Assembly (NCBI GenBank): GCA_002841625.1
Contig: PHAG01000016.1
Coordinates: forward strand, 1-49,120
Direction: 5' to 3'
Length of the DNA stretch: 49,120 nt
From: Firmicutes bacterium HGW-Firmicutes-1
GTDB lineage: Bacteria; Bacillota; Clostridia; Lachnospirales; Vallitaleaceae
Shown here: piece after piece, positions 39,165 through 48,343 of the stretch
Layout of the letters: each line of letters opens with the position of its first letter
How positions within the stretch are numbered: the stretch's first letter is position 1
Notes under the pieces: generated by a model
Seen by the model: only the letters and a program-made list of their open reading frames with translations
Told to the model about the DNA's origin: nothing
Databases searched by the model: none
Made by a program: the position numbers and the translations under genes

Positions 39165-39362
39165 ATGCCTAAAATGAAAACACATCGTGGTGCTGCAAAG
39201 CGCTTTAAAGCAACAGGTACTGGAAAATTAAAAAGAAGCAAAGCTTACAAAAGACATATTTTGACTAAAAAAAGTCCAAAATCAAAAAGACAAGCTAGAC
39301 CAAGCGTTGTGATGTCACCATCAAATGAAAAAGTAATCAAAAAAATGTTACCATACTTATAA
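39165..39362 (+). CDS. rpmI: 50S ribosomal protein L35
   Basis: [21 protein letters not shown].... Confidence 0.9.
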   Translation: MPKMKTHRGAAKRFKATGTGKLKRSKAYKRHILTKKSPKSKRQARPSVVMSPSNEKVIKKMLPYL

Positions 39363-39384
39363 ATCGTGTTAGGAGGAAAATGAA

Positions 39385-39741
39385 ATGGCTAGAGTAAAAG
39401 GTGCATTGCACACACGCAAAAGACACAAAAGAGTACTTAAATTAGCTAAGGGATATAGAGGCGCCAAATCAAAACAATTTAGAACTGCAAAGCAAGCTGT
39501 TATGAAATCAGGCGTTTATTCATATGTAGGTAGAAGACTTAAGAAGAGAGATTTTAGAAAATTGTGGATTGCAAGAATTAATGCAGCGACAAGAATTAAT
39601 GGTATGTCTTATAGTACTTTTATGTACGGTTTGAAATTAGCAGATATTAACATTAACAGAAAAATGTTAGCTGAAATGGCTGTTAGTGATGCTGAAGGGT
39701 TTGCAAAGTTAGTTGAAACCGCAAAAGCGAAAGTAAACTAA
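39385..39741 (+). CDS. rplT: 50S ribosomal protein L20
   Basis: [30 protein letters not shown].... Confidence 0.95.
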   Translation: MARVKGALHTRKRHKRVLKLAKGYRGAKSKQFRTAKQAVMKSGVYSYVGRRLKKRDFRKLWIARINAATRINGMSYSTFMYGLKLADININRKMLAEMAVSDAEGFAKLVETAKAKVN

Positions 39742-39764
39742 TATTTGTATATATATAAAAAATT

Positions 39765-39807
39765 GCCAGTAGAAAGATGTAAAATACATCTCGCTACTGG
39801 TTTTTTT
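39765..39807. terminator. bidirectional terminator between rplT and the convergent pfk gene
   Basis: ccagtagaaagatgtaaaatacatctcgctactgg hairpin with an A-run on its 5' side and a T7 run on its 3' side. Confidence 0.75.
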
Positions 39808-39808
39808 G

Positions 39809-41026
39809 TTATATATTTAAAATTTTCGGTGCCATTGGAGCTCTTAGTCTATGCGCTGTCGCAAAACCTGAGCCAAGTAGCGGTCTTAAGTAAAACTTAA
39901 AGGCATCAGTAACATTGTTTCCATAAGAATTAATGAATTCATCAGGCATAATTTTTGTTTTTCCTGCAACTTGTTCTAGGGGAACTAATTTATAATCAAC
40001 AGAATAAAATCCCGTTCTTTCTATGATAATTGACCCGTCAATTTTATGCCAAATAGCAAATTGAGCGGCCTTTTCACCTACTTCTCGGGCTTCACTTTGA
40101 TCAATATCAGAAATGCTTCCAATAAAGTTTCTTTGTGGATAGCCTAAAGTATCTGATCTTACACGGCTTATATTTAACTTTTCCTTAACGAGTTTGGAAA
40201 GCATGTCACCAAGTGCGCCAGTACCAGAAAGTTGAATGTTGCCATGAGCATCCTTTTCAATCGTATCACTGAGAGAAGCAACGATGGACTGCCCATTTTC
40301 ATCTTTAATTCCTTCGGATACTGCAACAATACATTTACCATATTTTTGATAGACGTTGTGTACATCTGATAGAAATTTATCAATATAAAAGGTTCTTTCA
40401 GGAAGATAGATTAGATGAGGACCGTCATCAGGATATTTTTGTGCCATAGAAGATGAAGCAGCTAAAAAACCGGCATGTCGTCCCATAATAACACCAATAT
40501 AAACACCTGGTAGTGCTCTGTTATCGAGATTTAATCCTATAAACGATTGTGCCACATACCTTGCGGCAGAACCATAGCCGGGCGTATGATCGTTTAAAAC
40601 CAAGTCATTGTCAATGGTTTTTGGAATATGAATTGCTCTAAATTCATAGTCTGATTTTTTTGCATTGTCATTTACAATTCTTACAGTATCGGCAGAATCA
40701 TTTCCTCCAATGTAAAAAAAATAACGTACGTCATGTGCTTTTAATACTCTGAAAATTTCTTTGCAATATTGTTCATCAGGTTTCACTCTGGTTGATAATA
40801 ATGCAGATGCAGGAGTTAAACCAACCTGTTCTAAGTTGTGAGTGGTTTCTTGAGATAAATCCATAAATTCTTCATTTATGATACCTTCAACACCATTAAT
40901 AGCTCCATAAACTCTAGTAATTTGCGGAAATTTTCTTGATTCTAGAACAGCACCTACGAGACTTTGATTAATGACAGCTGTTGGACCTCCGCCTTGTGCA
41001 ATAACAACTTTTCCTTTTAATTCCAA
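39809..41026 (-). CDS. 6-phosphofructokinase, long (about 405 aa) PPi-dependent-type (Pfp-like)
   Basis: N-terminus KVVIAQGGGPTAVINQSL and MGRHAGFLA motifs of the PFK family. Length and GGNDS in place of GGDGS are consistent with the PPi-PFK clade rather than 320-aa PfkA. Confidence 0.65.
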   Translation of the reverse strand: MELKGKVVIAQGGGPTAVINQSLVGAVLESRKFPQITRVYGAINGVEGIINEEFMDLSQETTHNLEQVGLTPASALLSTRVKPDEQYCKEIFRVLKAHDVRYFFYIGGNDSADTVRIVNDNAKKSDYEFRAIHIPKTIDNDLVLNDHTPGYGSAARYVAQSFIGLNLDNRALPGVYIGVIMGRHAGFLAASSSMAQKYPDDGPHLIYLPERTFYIDKFLSDVHNVYQKYGKCIVAVSEGIKDENGQSIVASLSDTIEKDAHGNIQLSGTGALGDMLSKLVKEKLNISRVRSDTLGYPQRNFIGSISDIDQSEAREVGEKAAQFAIWHKIDGSIIIERTGFYSVDYKLVPLEQVAGKTKIMPDEFINSYGNNVTDAFKFYLRPLLGSGFATAHRLRAPMAPKILNI

Positions 41027-41168
41027 TGTTACTGATTCCTCCTTTTGTTTCTTTTGCTAATGAAACATCCATAAACATATACCGCCAATCTAACTATGGT
41101 GAGTATATGTGTTTATTATATTTATTATACAAGATACAAGAGTATAAATAAAGGGTGATCCTTATAAT

Positions 41169-42089
41169 TTATCTATTGATTGATCTTGCCATACGAAGAT
41201 ATGTATGTTTTTTCCCTTTTATTGCTATGCTGTAATCCATTATGTTTTCAGGTATAGCCATCCCAGGAAAACCATTGTCTCCGATATGATGTAAATCGGT
41301 TCCCGTCATTTTACACATAAGAGCAATCTGCTTAATGGTATCTGAATCAGCACCTTCTTGAGAGGTACCAATTGCTGTAATTGTTAATTTTTCTAAGCTG
41401 TGGGCATAACTTACAAGTTCTTTAATATATTCAAGAGTAATACCGGGTACTGTAGCCGGAGCTGGTAATAATATGATATCGGCGCCAGCGTTAGAAAACT
41501 CAAGAACATCTTTTTTTGTTATGATATTTTCGCCAGCTTCCCTTAAAGAACCTGCTGCATGCATCTTACCAGCGACAAGAATAACCTGATCTCCAAGCGT
41601 CTCGCTGATATGTTTAAGTGAGTGAACAATTGCTTTATTGGTAACACCTGTACCAGGATTTCCAGTTAGCACAATGAGATCAACACCCATTTCAACAGCC
41701 TTCTTTGCAGTTTCTACAGTTGCAAGCCTTCCCTTTGATACGGATATCATTTCACCTACTGTTTCGGCATTTGAATCAACGGGTTCTAAATTGATACCGA
41801 TTAATCGTCCAGTGAGATTTTTGATTTTTCTTATGATGTCATGCTTTTCAACCTTCGGTATACCGTAGAATACTGGGTCGTAAACATCAAACATATTTAA
41901 TAGCAAGATATCAGCTCCAAAAGCAGTTGATAGTTCAGCATTGCTGATATTTACTAGGATTGGTTGTAGCAACCCAATAATTTCTGAAACGACAACTCTG
42001 CCTTCGCTGGCTATTATCGCCTCCAATTTCATCTGCTTAGTTAGTCCAAGCAAATCAGAAGTATCACAATCTAACAATCTTTTGCTCAT
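41169..42089 (-). CDS. conserved hypothetical protein (possible TIM-barrel-like fold), preceded by a RAT/terminator attenuator
   Basis: 306 aa with alternating hydrophobic beta-strand-like segments (ILLLNMFDV, LIGINLEPV, LIVLTGNPGTG, IILLPAPATVPG). No confident family assignment. RBS ggaggcgatagat. Confidence 0.4.
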   Translation of the reverse strand: MSKRLLDCDTSDLLGLTKQMKLEAIIASEGRVVVSEIIGLLQPILVNISNAELSTAFGADILLLNMFDVYDPVFYGIPKVEKHDIIRKIKNLTGRLIGINLEPVDSNAETVGEMISVSKGRLATVETAKKAVEMGVDLIVLTGNPGTGVTNKAIVHSLKHISETLGDQVILVAGKMHAAGSLREAGENIITKKDVLEFSNAGADIILLPAPATVPGITLEYIKELVSYAHSLEKLTITAIGTSQEGADSDTIKQIALMCKMTGTDLHHIGDNGFPGMAIPENIMDYSIAIKGKKHTYLRMARSINR

Positions 42090-42128
42090 AATCTATCGCC
42101 TCCAAAATATTTGAGGAATCCTCTACCA

Positions 42129-42219
42129 TAAAAAAAGGCATGAGTCCTTGAGAACTCATGCCTAGTCTTACTAGTTACACGTTATATTTATGATAAACCC
42201 GTTTGTAAATTATGTCAAG
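42129..42219 (-). promoter_or_regulatory. minus-strand promoter (TTGACA-18-TATCAT) plus RAT-like element overlapping an intrinsic terminator in the leader of the 306-aa gene
   Basis: Minus-strand reading: cttgacataatttacaaacgggtttatcat; then gtgtaactagtaagactaggcatgag (RAT-like); then aggcatgagttctcaaggactcatgcct plus a T7 run. Near-identical in its 3' half to the RAT upstream of the PTS EIICB gene. Confidence 0.55.
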
Positions 42220-42307
42220 CAATAAAGTATTGTAACGTTGAAAATATGTATCCGCATATTACGAGCAAAAATAAAGGTATTGACAAATCGACTCATCTGA
42301 TGGTAAG

Positions 42308-43510
42308 TTGACAATAAGGAGAAGCGATGTGCTTTGTCCGAATTTGAAAGAAAGGAGTGATGATTTGAAAGCAGTTGTGAACGGAGCTATTTATAAAGAT
42401 CATGAATTTTTACAGAACAAAGCACTCATTTATGATTCGAAGATTGAAGACATCATTGATTACAAGGATGTAGATTATTCCAAATACGAACAAGTAATCG
42501 ATGCCAAAGGATTGCTGATTGTACCAGGCTTTATTGATATTCACCTTCATGGTTACGGAGGCTACGATACAATGGATGATTCTGATGATGCGCTCATAAA
42601 CATCAGTAAAAGGCTCGTTGAAAATGGGGTAACCTCTTTTTTGCCAACCACAATGACGATGTCTGTTGATTTGATACATCAAGCATTACAGCGTATCAGA
42701 AACTTGATGACGCAATCTTTTATTGGTGCAAAAGTACTGGGAGCACATTTTGAAGGCCCATTTATTAACGCTGAATATAAAGGTGCTCAAAGTGAGGAAT
42801 TCATTACTTATCCAAAAATTGACATACTGAAGGATTATGAAGATGTTATTAAAGTAATTACAATGGCTCCAGAAATGAGAGATGCAATGAGCTTTATTGA
42901 GACGATTTCCAATAAGGGCATAGCAATTTCTATAGGTCACACAGGAGCAGATTATGAAACCGTTGTAAAAGCTTATGAACATGGAGCCAAGGGAATTACT
43001 CATTTGTTTAATGCTATGACAGGTCTACAACACAGAAAACCTGGCTGCGTGGGTGCTGCTCTCTTAAAAGATTTCTGCATTGAAGTAATTGCTGACAATG
43101 TTCATATGAACCCGGTTATGTATGAATTGCTATTGAAAACCAAAAAACTTGAACATCTGATTTTAATTACGGATTGTATGAGAGCAGGAGGAATGCCAGA
43201 AGGTTCTTATGATTTGGGTGGACAAAAGGTTATCGTTGCAGATGGAAGATGTTTGCTAGAAAATGGCACATTGGCTGGAAGTACGTTGAAACTTAACCAA
43301 GGATTAACTAATTTCATGCTTCAGACTTCCCTTGAGTTAGAAAACGCAGTCAAGCTTGTGACGGAAAATCCTGCGAGATACTTAAATATCTTTGATAAGG
43401 TGGGGTCTTTTGATCAAGGTAAGCTGGCAGATATTACAATCATTGATCCACAAATCAACGTACACAATACGATTGTAGAAGGAGTGGTTTTGTATGAAAA
43501 AAAAGATTAA
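42308..43510 (+). CDS. nagA: N-acetylglucosamine-6-phosphate deacetylase
   Basis: Amidohydrolase with FIDIHLHGYGGYD metal-binding motif and overall collinearity with NagA. Alternative start TTG 42365 (MKAVVNGAIY) behind AAAGGAG. Confidence 0.85.
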   Translation: MTIRRSDVLCPNLKERSDDLKAVVNGAIYKDHEFLQNKALIYDSKIEDIIDYKDVDYSKYEQVIDAKGLLIVPGFIDIHLHGYGGYDTMDDSDDALINISKRLVENGVTSFLPTTMTMSVDLIHQALQRIRNLMTQSFIGAKVLGAHFEGPFINAEYKGAQSEEFITYPKIDILKDYEDVIKVITMAPEMRDAMSFIETISNKGIAISIGHTGADYETVVKAYEHGAKGITHLFNAMTGLQHRKPGCVGAALLKDFCIEVIADNVHMNPVMYELLLKTKKLEHLILITDCMRAGGMPEGSYDLGGQKVIVADGRCLLENGTLAGSTLKLNQGLTNFMLQTSLELENAVKLVTENPARYLNIFDKVGSFDQGKLADITIIDPQINVHNTIVEGVVLYEKKD

Positions 43511-44255
43511 AGGTATGACTATATTTATTTGCCAAGACTATGAGGAAATGAGTAAGAAAGCAGCAAATATTGTCGCAGCTCAGTTAATCATTAAACCAAA
43601 AAGTGTTTTAGGTTTGGCAACTGGATCAACCCCTGCTGGCATGTATGAACAATTGGTAAAGCTATACAATCAAGATGATCTTGATTTTAGTGAAGTCACA
43701 ACCTTCAACCTTGACGAGTATTATCCAATTCAAAAAACAAATGAGCAGAGCTATTACTATTACATGAGAACCAATTTGTTTAATCATATCAATGTGAACG
43801 ACCACAGCATCAACATCCCAAATGGAGAAACGACAAACATTCAGAAGGAATGTTATGATTATGACGATGCAATTTATTTACATGGCGGGATTGACCTTCA
43901 GGTGCTTGGAATTGGTAACAATGGACATATTGGCTTTAACGAACCTGATGTAAGATTTGAATCTGGAACTCATTTGGTGAAGCTTGATGAGGAAACCATT
44001 AAAGCGAATGCAAGATTCTTTGGTAGTCAGGAAGAAGTACCGACAAAAGCAATCAGCATGGGAATTAGAACCATTATGCATTCAAAGAAGATCGTGCTAT
44101 TAGCTAGTGGACAATCAAAAGCGCACATCATTGAGCAAATGTTACTTGGTGATATTACGCCAAATGTTCCGGCATCTATATTGCAACTGCACAACGAGGT
44201 AACCCTTATTTTAGATAAAGATGCAGCTTCAAATATTTTCGAAAAGTACAACTAG
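43494..44255 (+). CDS. nagB: glucosamine-6-phosphate deaminase
   Basis: LGLATGSTPAGMYEQL and NGHIGFNEP motifs of NagB. 253 aa. Confidence 0.9.
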   Translation: MKKKIKGMTIFICQDYEEMSKKAANIVAAQLIIKPKSVLGLATGSTPAGMYEQLVKLYNQDDLDFSEVTTFNLDEYYPIQKTNEQSYYYYMRTNLFNHINVNDHSINIPNGETTNIQKECYDYDDAIYLHGGIDLQVLGIGNNGHIGFNEPDVRFESGTHLVKLDEETIKANARFFGSQEEVPTKAISMGIRTIMHSKKIVLLASGQSKAHIIEQMLLGDITPNVPASILQLHNEVTLILDKDAASNIFEKYN

Positions 44256-44410
44256 AAAGTTAGTAAATATGAACAGAAAAAAATCACTAGTAATCGTCAA
44301 ATGCTGCTTTTGATAGTCAAATACAACAAAAAAAAGTGAAAGTTAGTTTTATCGTTGACAATTAATACAAAACATGATAACTTATAAGTACGTAATAATT
44401 AAATAAACTT

Positions 44411-44478
44411 TGGTGTGTTACTGTTAAAGCAGGCATAAACCTACATGGCGATTTTGATCAAGTAGTTTATGTTTTTTT
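44411..44478 (+). promoter_or_regulatory. RAT (ribonucleic antiterminator) element overlapping an intrinsic terminator, upstream of the antiterminator gene
   Basis: ggtgtgttactgttaaagcaggcataaacc matches the RAT consensus ggtttgttactgataaagcaggcaaaacc. Overlapping terminator cataaacctac...gtagtttatg plus a T8 run. Confidence 0.75.
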
Positions 44479-44561
44479 TATTTCTATGACCTAATTTTTA
44501 AAGTATCTGTATGATTGCGCAAGGTTAGTAAAAACATAATTGTAAGAAATGAGGTTGTAGC

Positions 44562-45419
44562 ATGGAGCATAAGTATGAGATTGCTAAAATAATGAATAAC
44601 AATGTTATCCTTGTGAGACGCATTGCAGATGATTTGGAAAGTGTATTGATTGGGAAAGGCTTAGGATTTCAAAAAAAATGTGGCACTATAACAACAATAC
44701 CTACTGAACAAATTGAAAAAGCTTTTTTTACTTATGATGAGAAATTAAAAAACGATTACCATGTTCTTTTTAGAGATATGGACAGTAAGGTTTTTGGAAC
44801 CTGTGCTGAGTTGGTCTCTTTAGCAGAAAAAAAGCTTGGTGAGTTAAGCCCTAAACTACTCATAGTTTTAACAGATCACATTAGTTTTGCTCTCGAAAGA
44901 ATAAAGATGGGTATGGAAATTGAAAACCCCTTTATCTATGAGATCAAGAACATTTATCCAGAGGAGTATGCAATTGCTCAGATGGGACGTGACCTATTTA
45001 TTAATTCAATGGGCATCGATATTTCAGAAGATGAGGTTGGCTTTATTGCTTGGCATTTAAATGCAGGTAAACAAAATAAAAATGTAGCAGAAAATGTTAA
45101 GTCAACAAGACTTATTAAAGCGATTATTGAAACCGTCGAAAAGAGGATAGATTATACGCTAGATGTTAACTCCACCTCTTATAACCGATTTATAAACCAT
45201 TTAAAAGGCCTTGTATTTAGAACTCAACACAATGAAAATATTGTAAATCCATTGCAAGAAGCAGTGCGGCTTGAATTAACAGATGCCTACAATATTGCAT
45301 TAGAGGTGAAGAAAGAAATTAAAAATGGAGCACAACTCACGATTACCGATGATGAACTAGCTTACTTAGCAATTCATATTAATAGATTACAATTGTTATC
45401 AAAAATTCAAAATAGTTAA
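44562..45419 (+). CDS. BglG/SacY/LicT/GlcT-family transcription antiterminator (CAT RNA-binding domain plus two PRDs)
   Basis: N-terminal CAT domain (KIMNNNVILVRR...VLIGKGLGFQKK) and two PRD repeats with conserved His residues (ISFALERI, IAWHLN, LAIHINR). Confidence 0.85.
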   Translation: MEHKYEIAKIMNNNVILVRRIADDLESVLIGKGLGFQKKCGTITTIPTEQIEKAFFTYDEKLKNDYHVLFRDMDSKVFGTCAELVSLAEKKLGELSPKLLIVLTDHISFALERIKMGMEIENPFIYEIKNIYPEEYAIAQMGRDLFINSMGIDISEDEVGFIAWHLNAGKQNKNVAENVKSTRLIKAIIETVEKRIDYTLDVNSTSYNRFINHLKGLVFRTQHNENIVNPLQEAVRLELTDAYNIALEVKKEIKNGAQLTITDDELAYLAIHINRLQLLSKIQNS

Positions 45420-45420
45420 A

Positions 45421-45490
45421 GCGTGTTACTGTTTAGTCAGGCATGAGCTTATCGTTGTGATTTATCACAGCTATGGGCTCATTTTTTTAT
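45421..45490 (+). promoter_or_regulatory. RAT element overlapping an intrinsic terminator upstream of the PTS EIICB gene
   Basis: gtgttactgtttagtcaggcatgag (RAT-like) followed by the hairpin atgagc...gctcat plus a T7 run. Confidence 0.7.
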
Positions 45491-45619
45491 TTACTAAGAA
45501 AGTTCTGGATGGAGCAAGTAAAGTGAGTAATTAAGAAAAGCGGCAATAGCCTAGGTGTTTAACCCAGTATAGCCGATTTTCTTAACTATAAAAAAATGAT
45601 CTTAGGAGGTTATAATTTT

Positions 45620-47011
45620 ATGAACAGTAAAGTGTTTAGTTCATTTCAAAAAGTAGGTCCAGCTTTAATGACACCTGTAGCAGCATTACCAATAGCTGCA
45701 CTATTACTAAGGTTAGGTGTGCTTTGGAACATCGATATTGTAACAGCAGCGGGGGCAGCTATCTTTGACAATTTGGCATTAATATTTGCAATTGGTGTAG
45801 CTTTTGGTTTAGCAAAAAACAACCATGGCGCGGCAGCACTTGCAGGAGCAATTAGTTACTTAGTTATCACTAGAGTAGCGCCAGCAGCAGCAGTAAGCTT
45901 TGGTGTTGTAGAAGAAGCATATGTGCTTAACAACAACGTACTAGCTGGTATGATTTCTGGTATGATTGGGGGCTTAATGTATAACAAGTATTATAATATT
46001 AAGTTGCCAGAATGGTTAGGGTTCTTTGCAGGGAAACGATTCGTTCCCATCGTTACTTCAGTATTTACGATTTTTGTAGGGATGCTCTTTGGAGTACTTT
46101 GGCCAATCATTGAAAAAATTATTGGTGGTACGGGCGAATGGATGATGGCTTCTGGATCAGTTGGTGCATTTTTCTTTGGTCTATTAAACAGACTATTAAT
46201 TCCAACAGGATTACATCATGTTATTAACTCTTTTGTTTGGTTTGTGTTTGGTGAATATAATGGAGCAACAGGAGACCTTAGTAGATTCTTTGCTGGGGAC
46301 CCAACAGCGGGTACTTACATGACAGGCTTCTTCCCAGTTATGATGTTTGGCTTACCAGCAGTTGCACTTGCAATGTACACTACAGCTAAAAAACAAAATA
46401 GAAAAGCAGTAGGCGGTTTGATGTTTTCTGTAGCTTTTACAGCATTCCTTACAGGAATAACTGAACCATTAGAATTTATGTTTATGTTTTTAGCACCAGT
46501 ACTTTATGGAGTTCATGCAGTTTTAACAGGAGTATCAATGGCAGTATGCCATATGTTAGGTTTATTACATGGATTTGGATTCTCAGCAGGATTTATTGAT
46601 TATGTTGTTAACTTTAACTTAGCGACTAAACCTGTATTATTGGTTGGTGTAGGCCTTGTATTCGGTGTAATCTACTATGTTATCTTTGTTTTCATAATCA
46701 AGAAACTAGACTTACCAACACCAGGAAGAATGGATGACGAAACAGGTAATGAAGAGTTATTGGCTGAAAAAGGTGTTTCTTACATAGCGAAAGAATACCT
46801 TCGAGTTCTAGGAGGTAAAGATAATATTCAAGAGATCAATGCTTGTATTACAAGATTAAGATTGACTTTGAAAAATAATGATCTTGTAAAAGAAGAAGAT
46901 TGTAAAGCATTAGGTGCTAGTGGTATTATTAAACCAAATAAGTATAACATTCAAGTTATCGTTGGTACAAAAGCAGAGCTAATTGCAGACGAAATTAAAA
47001 ATTTATTATAA
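45620..47011 (+). CDS. PTS glucose/N-acetylglucosamine-family transporter, EIICB component
   Basis: Polytopic EIIC of the Glc family plus a C-terminal EIIB domain with active-site Cys in CITRLR. Start ATG 45620 behind taggagg. Confidence 0.85.
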   Translation: MNSKVFSSFQKVGPALMTPVAALPIAALLLRLGVLWNIDIVTAAGAAIFDNLALIFAIGVAFGLAKNNHGAAALAGAISYLVITRVAPAAAVSFGVVEEAYVLNNNVLAGMISGMIGGLMYNKYYNIKLPEWLGFFAGKRFVPIVTSVFTIFVGMLFGVLWPIIEKIIGGTGEWMMASGSVGAFFFGLLNRLLIPTGLHHVINSFVWFVFGEYNGATGDLSRFFAGDPTAGTYMTGFFPVMMFGLPAVALAMYTTAKKQNRKAVGGLMFSVAFTAFLTGITEPLEFMFMFLAPVLYGVHAVLTGVSMAVCHMLGLLHGFGFSAGFIDYVVNFNLATKPVLLVGVGLVFGVIYYVIFVFIIKKLDLPTPGRMDDETGNEELLAEKGVSYIAKEYLRVLGGKDNIQEINACITRLRLTLKNNDLVKEEDCKALGASGIIKPNKYNIQVIVGTKAELIADEIKNLL

Positions 47012-47287
47012 TTCATTATTTATAAATCTAAAATGTTTAGTAGGTTAGGAAAGTACAATGCATGTTGATACTTTCCTGCCTGCCAAAACAAATAGAAAGT
47101 AATGAATTTGAAAAGTAATTTAGAAATATAAATTATTTTCCAAAGTCATTATCGCCACAGAAAGATATACTAGTCTTTCAACTGATTTATTCATAAGCAT
47201 ATCCCTAACTGCTATTTGTGCAGAAAGATAGGAGATAAAGACTAATAATTGACATCATTTAAAAAAACGGTTACAAGGAGGTACAAT

Positions 47288-47779
47288 ATGTTTAACTTTT
47301 TTAAAAAAAGCCATAATAAAACATGCCATTTAATCGCACCAATGGAGGGCGAAATCATACCGATTCAAGATGTACCAGATCAAGTATTTTCAGAGAAAAT
47401 GATGGGAGATGGCTTTGCTATAAAACCTACAAACGGACTTGTTTGTAGTCCATGTGATGGAGAAGTGTTGCAAATATTTCCAACAAACCATGCTCTAGTA
47501 GTGCATTCTATTGAAGGATTAGATATTATTATTCATATTGGATTAGATACAGTCCAACTAAAAGGAGAAGGATTTACAAGGCTGGTCGAAGTAGGTAAAC
47601 ATGTGAAAGCAGGAGATCCGCTTCTGCAAATGGACCTAAAAGTAATGGAAAAGTATGAAAAGTGTATTATTTCACCTATCGTTATTACGAATATTGAGTG
47701 CATTGAAAGTATGAAGATTAATTATAAGAACTATAAAATTAAGGAAAGCATTGGTAAAGTGATTATAAAAGGGGAGTGA
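47288..47779 (+). CDS. PTS EIIA (Glc family, Crr-like), stand-alone
   Basis: HIGLDTVQLKGEGF and VHSIEGLDIIIH histidine motifs of EIIA-Glc. Start ATG 47288 behind AAGGAGG. Confidence 0.85.
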   Translation: MFNFFKKSHNKTCHLIAPMEGEIIPIQDVPDQVFSEKMMGDGFAIKPTNGLVCSPCDGEVLQIFPTNHALVVHSIEGLDIIIHIGLDTVQLKGEGFTRLVEVGKHVKAGDPLLQMDLKVMEKYEKCIISPIVITNIECIESMKINYKNYKIKESIGKVIIKGE

Positions 47780-47784
47780 CAAGT

Positions 47785-48039
47785 ATGACGACTGTGGTAG
47801 TAACAAGTAAATCAGGTCTACACGCAATGCCTGCAAGCCTATTTGTTGATTTAGCCAAAAGGCATAGCTCCAATATTACAGTTATTAAGGACTCCAAGGA
47901 ATATGATGGAAAAAGCATTGTTAGTATTATGATGGCTATGATCGCTGGAGGAGAAACCATTCATATACATGCTGAAGGTAGTGACGCCATGATTGCGGAA
48001 AAGGCCTTAGCAAAATTCATTGAAGAATATAAAGAATAA
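47785..48039 (+). CDS. HPr-like phosphocarrier paralogue (atypical GLHAMPA active-site context)
   Basis: HPr fold and length. His in GLHAMPAS (canonical is G[IL]HARPA) and a Ser in GKSIVSIM. ATG 47785 behind ggggag; the track start 47776 is GTG overlapping the EIIA stop. Confidence 0.6.
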   Translation: MTTVVVTSKSGLHAMPASLFVDLAKRHSSNITVIKDSKEYDGKSIVSIMMAMIAGGETIHIHAEGSDAMIAEKALAKFIEEYKE

Positions 48040-48062
48040 GAATTCATTAAAGGAGACAAAAA

Positions 48063-48332
48063 ATGAAACAAACGATTATAAAATTACAAAATGAAGAAGG
48101 TATTCATGCTAGACCTGCTAATTTGTTTTCGAAAACTGCTATGAAGTTAACTTGTGATATTCAAGTATTAAAAAATGGAGATAAAAGCAAAGTATTTAAT
48201 CCCAAAAGCATCATTTCAGTTTTAAGTATGGGTGCAATAAAAGGGGATGAATTAACCATTATTGCAAACGGTGTTGACGAAGAGGAAGCGATTAGAGTCA
48301 TTACTGAACTTTTTAAAAATGGTTTCAACTAG
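48063..48332 (+). CDS. ptsH: phosphocarrier protein HPr (canonical His15 / Ser46 motifs)
   Basis: GIHARPANLF and KSIISVLSMG motifs. Confidence 0.85.
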   Translation: MKQTIIKLQNEEGIHARPANLFSKTAMKLTCDIQVLKNGDKSKVFNPKSIISVLSMGAIKGDELTIIANGVDEEEAIRVITELFKNGFN

Positions 48333-48343
48333 GAGGAGAAACT

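Noticed and set aside
42220-42307. RAT or NagR (dre) site upstream of nagA
   Set aside because: No RAT-like sequence and no clear palindrome on the plus-strand leader. There is only a weak TTGACA...GTAAGT promoter-like stretch.
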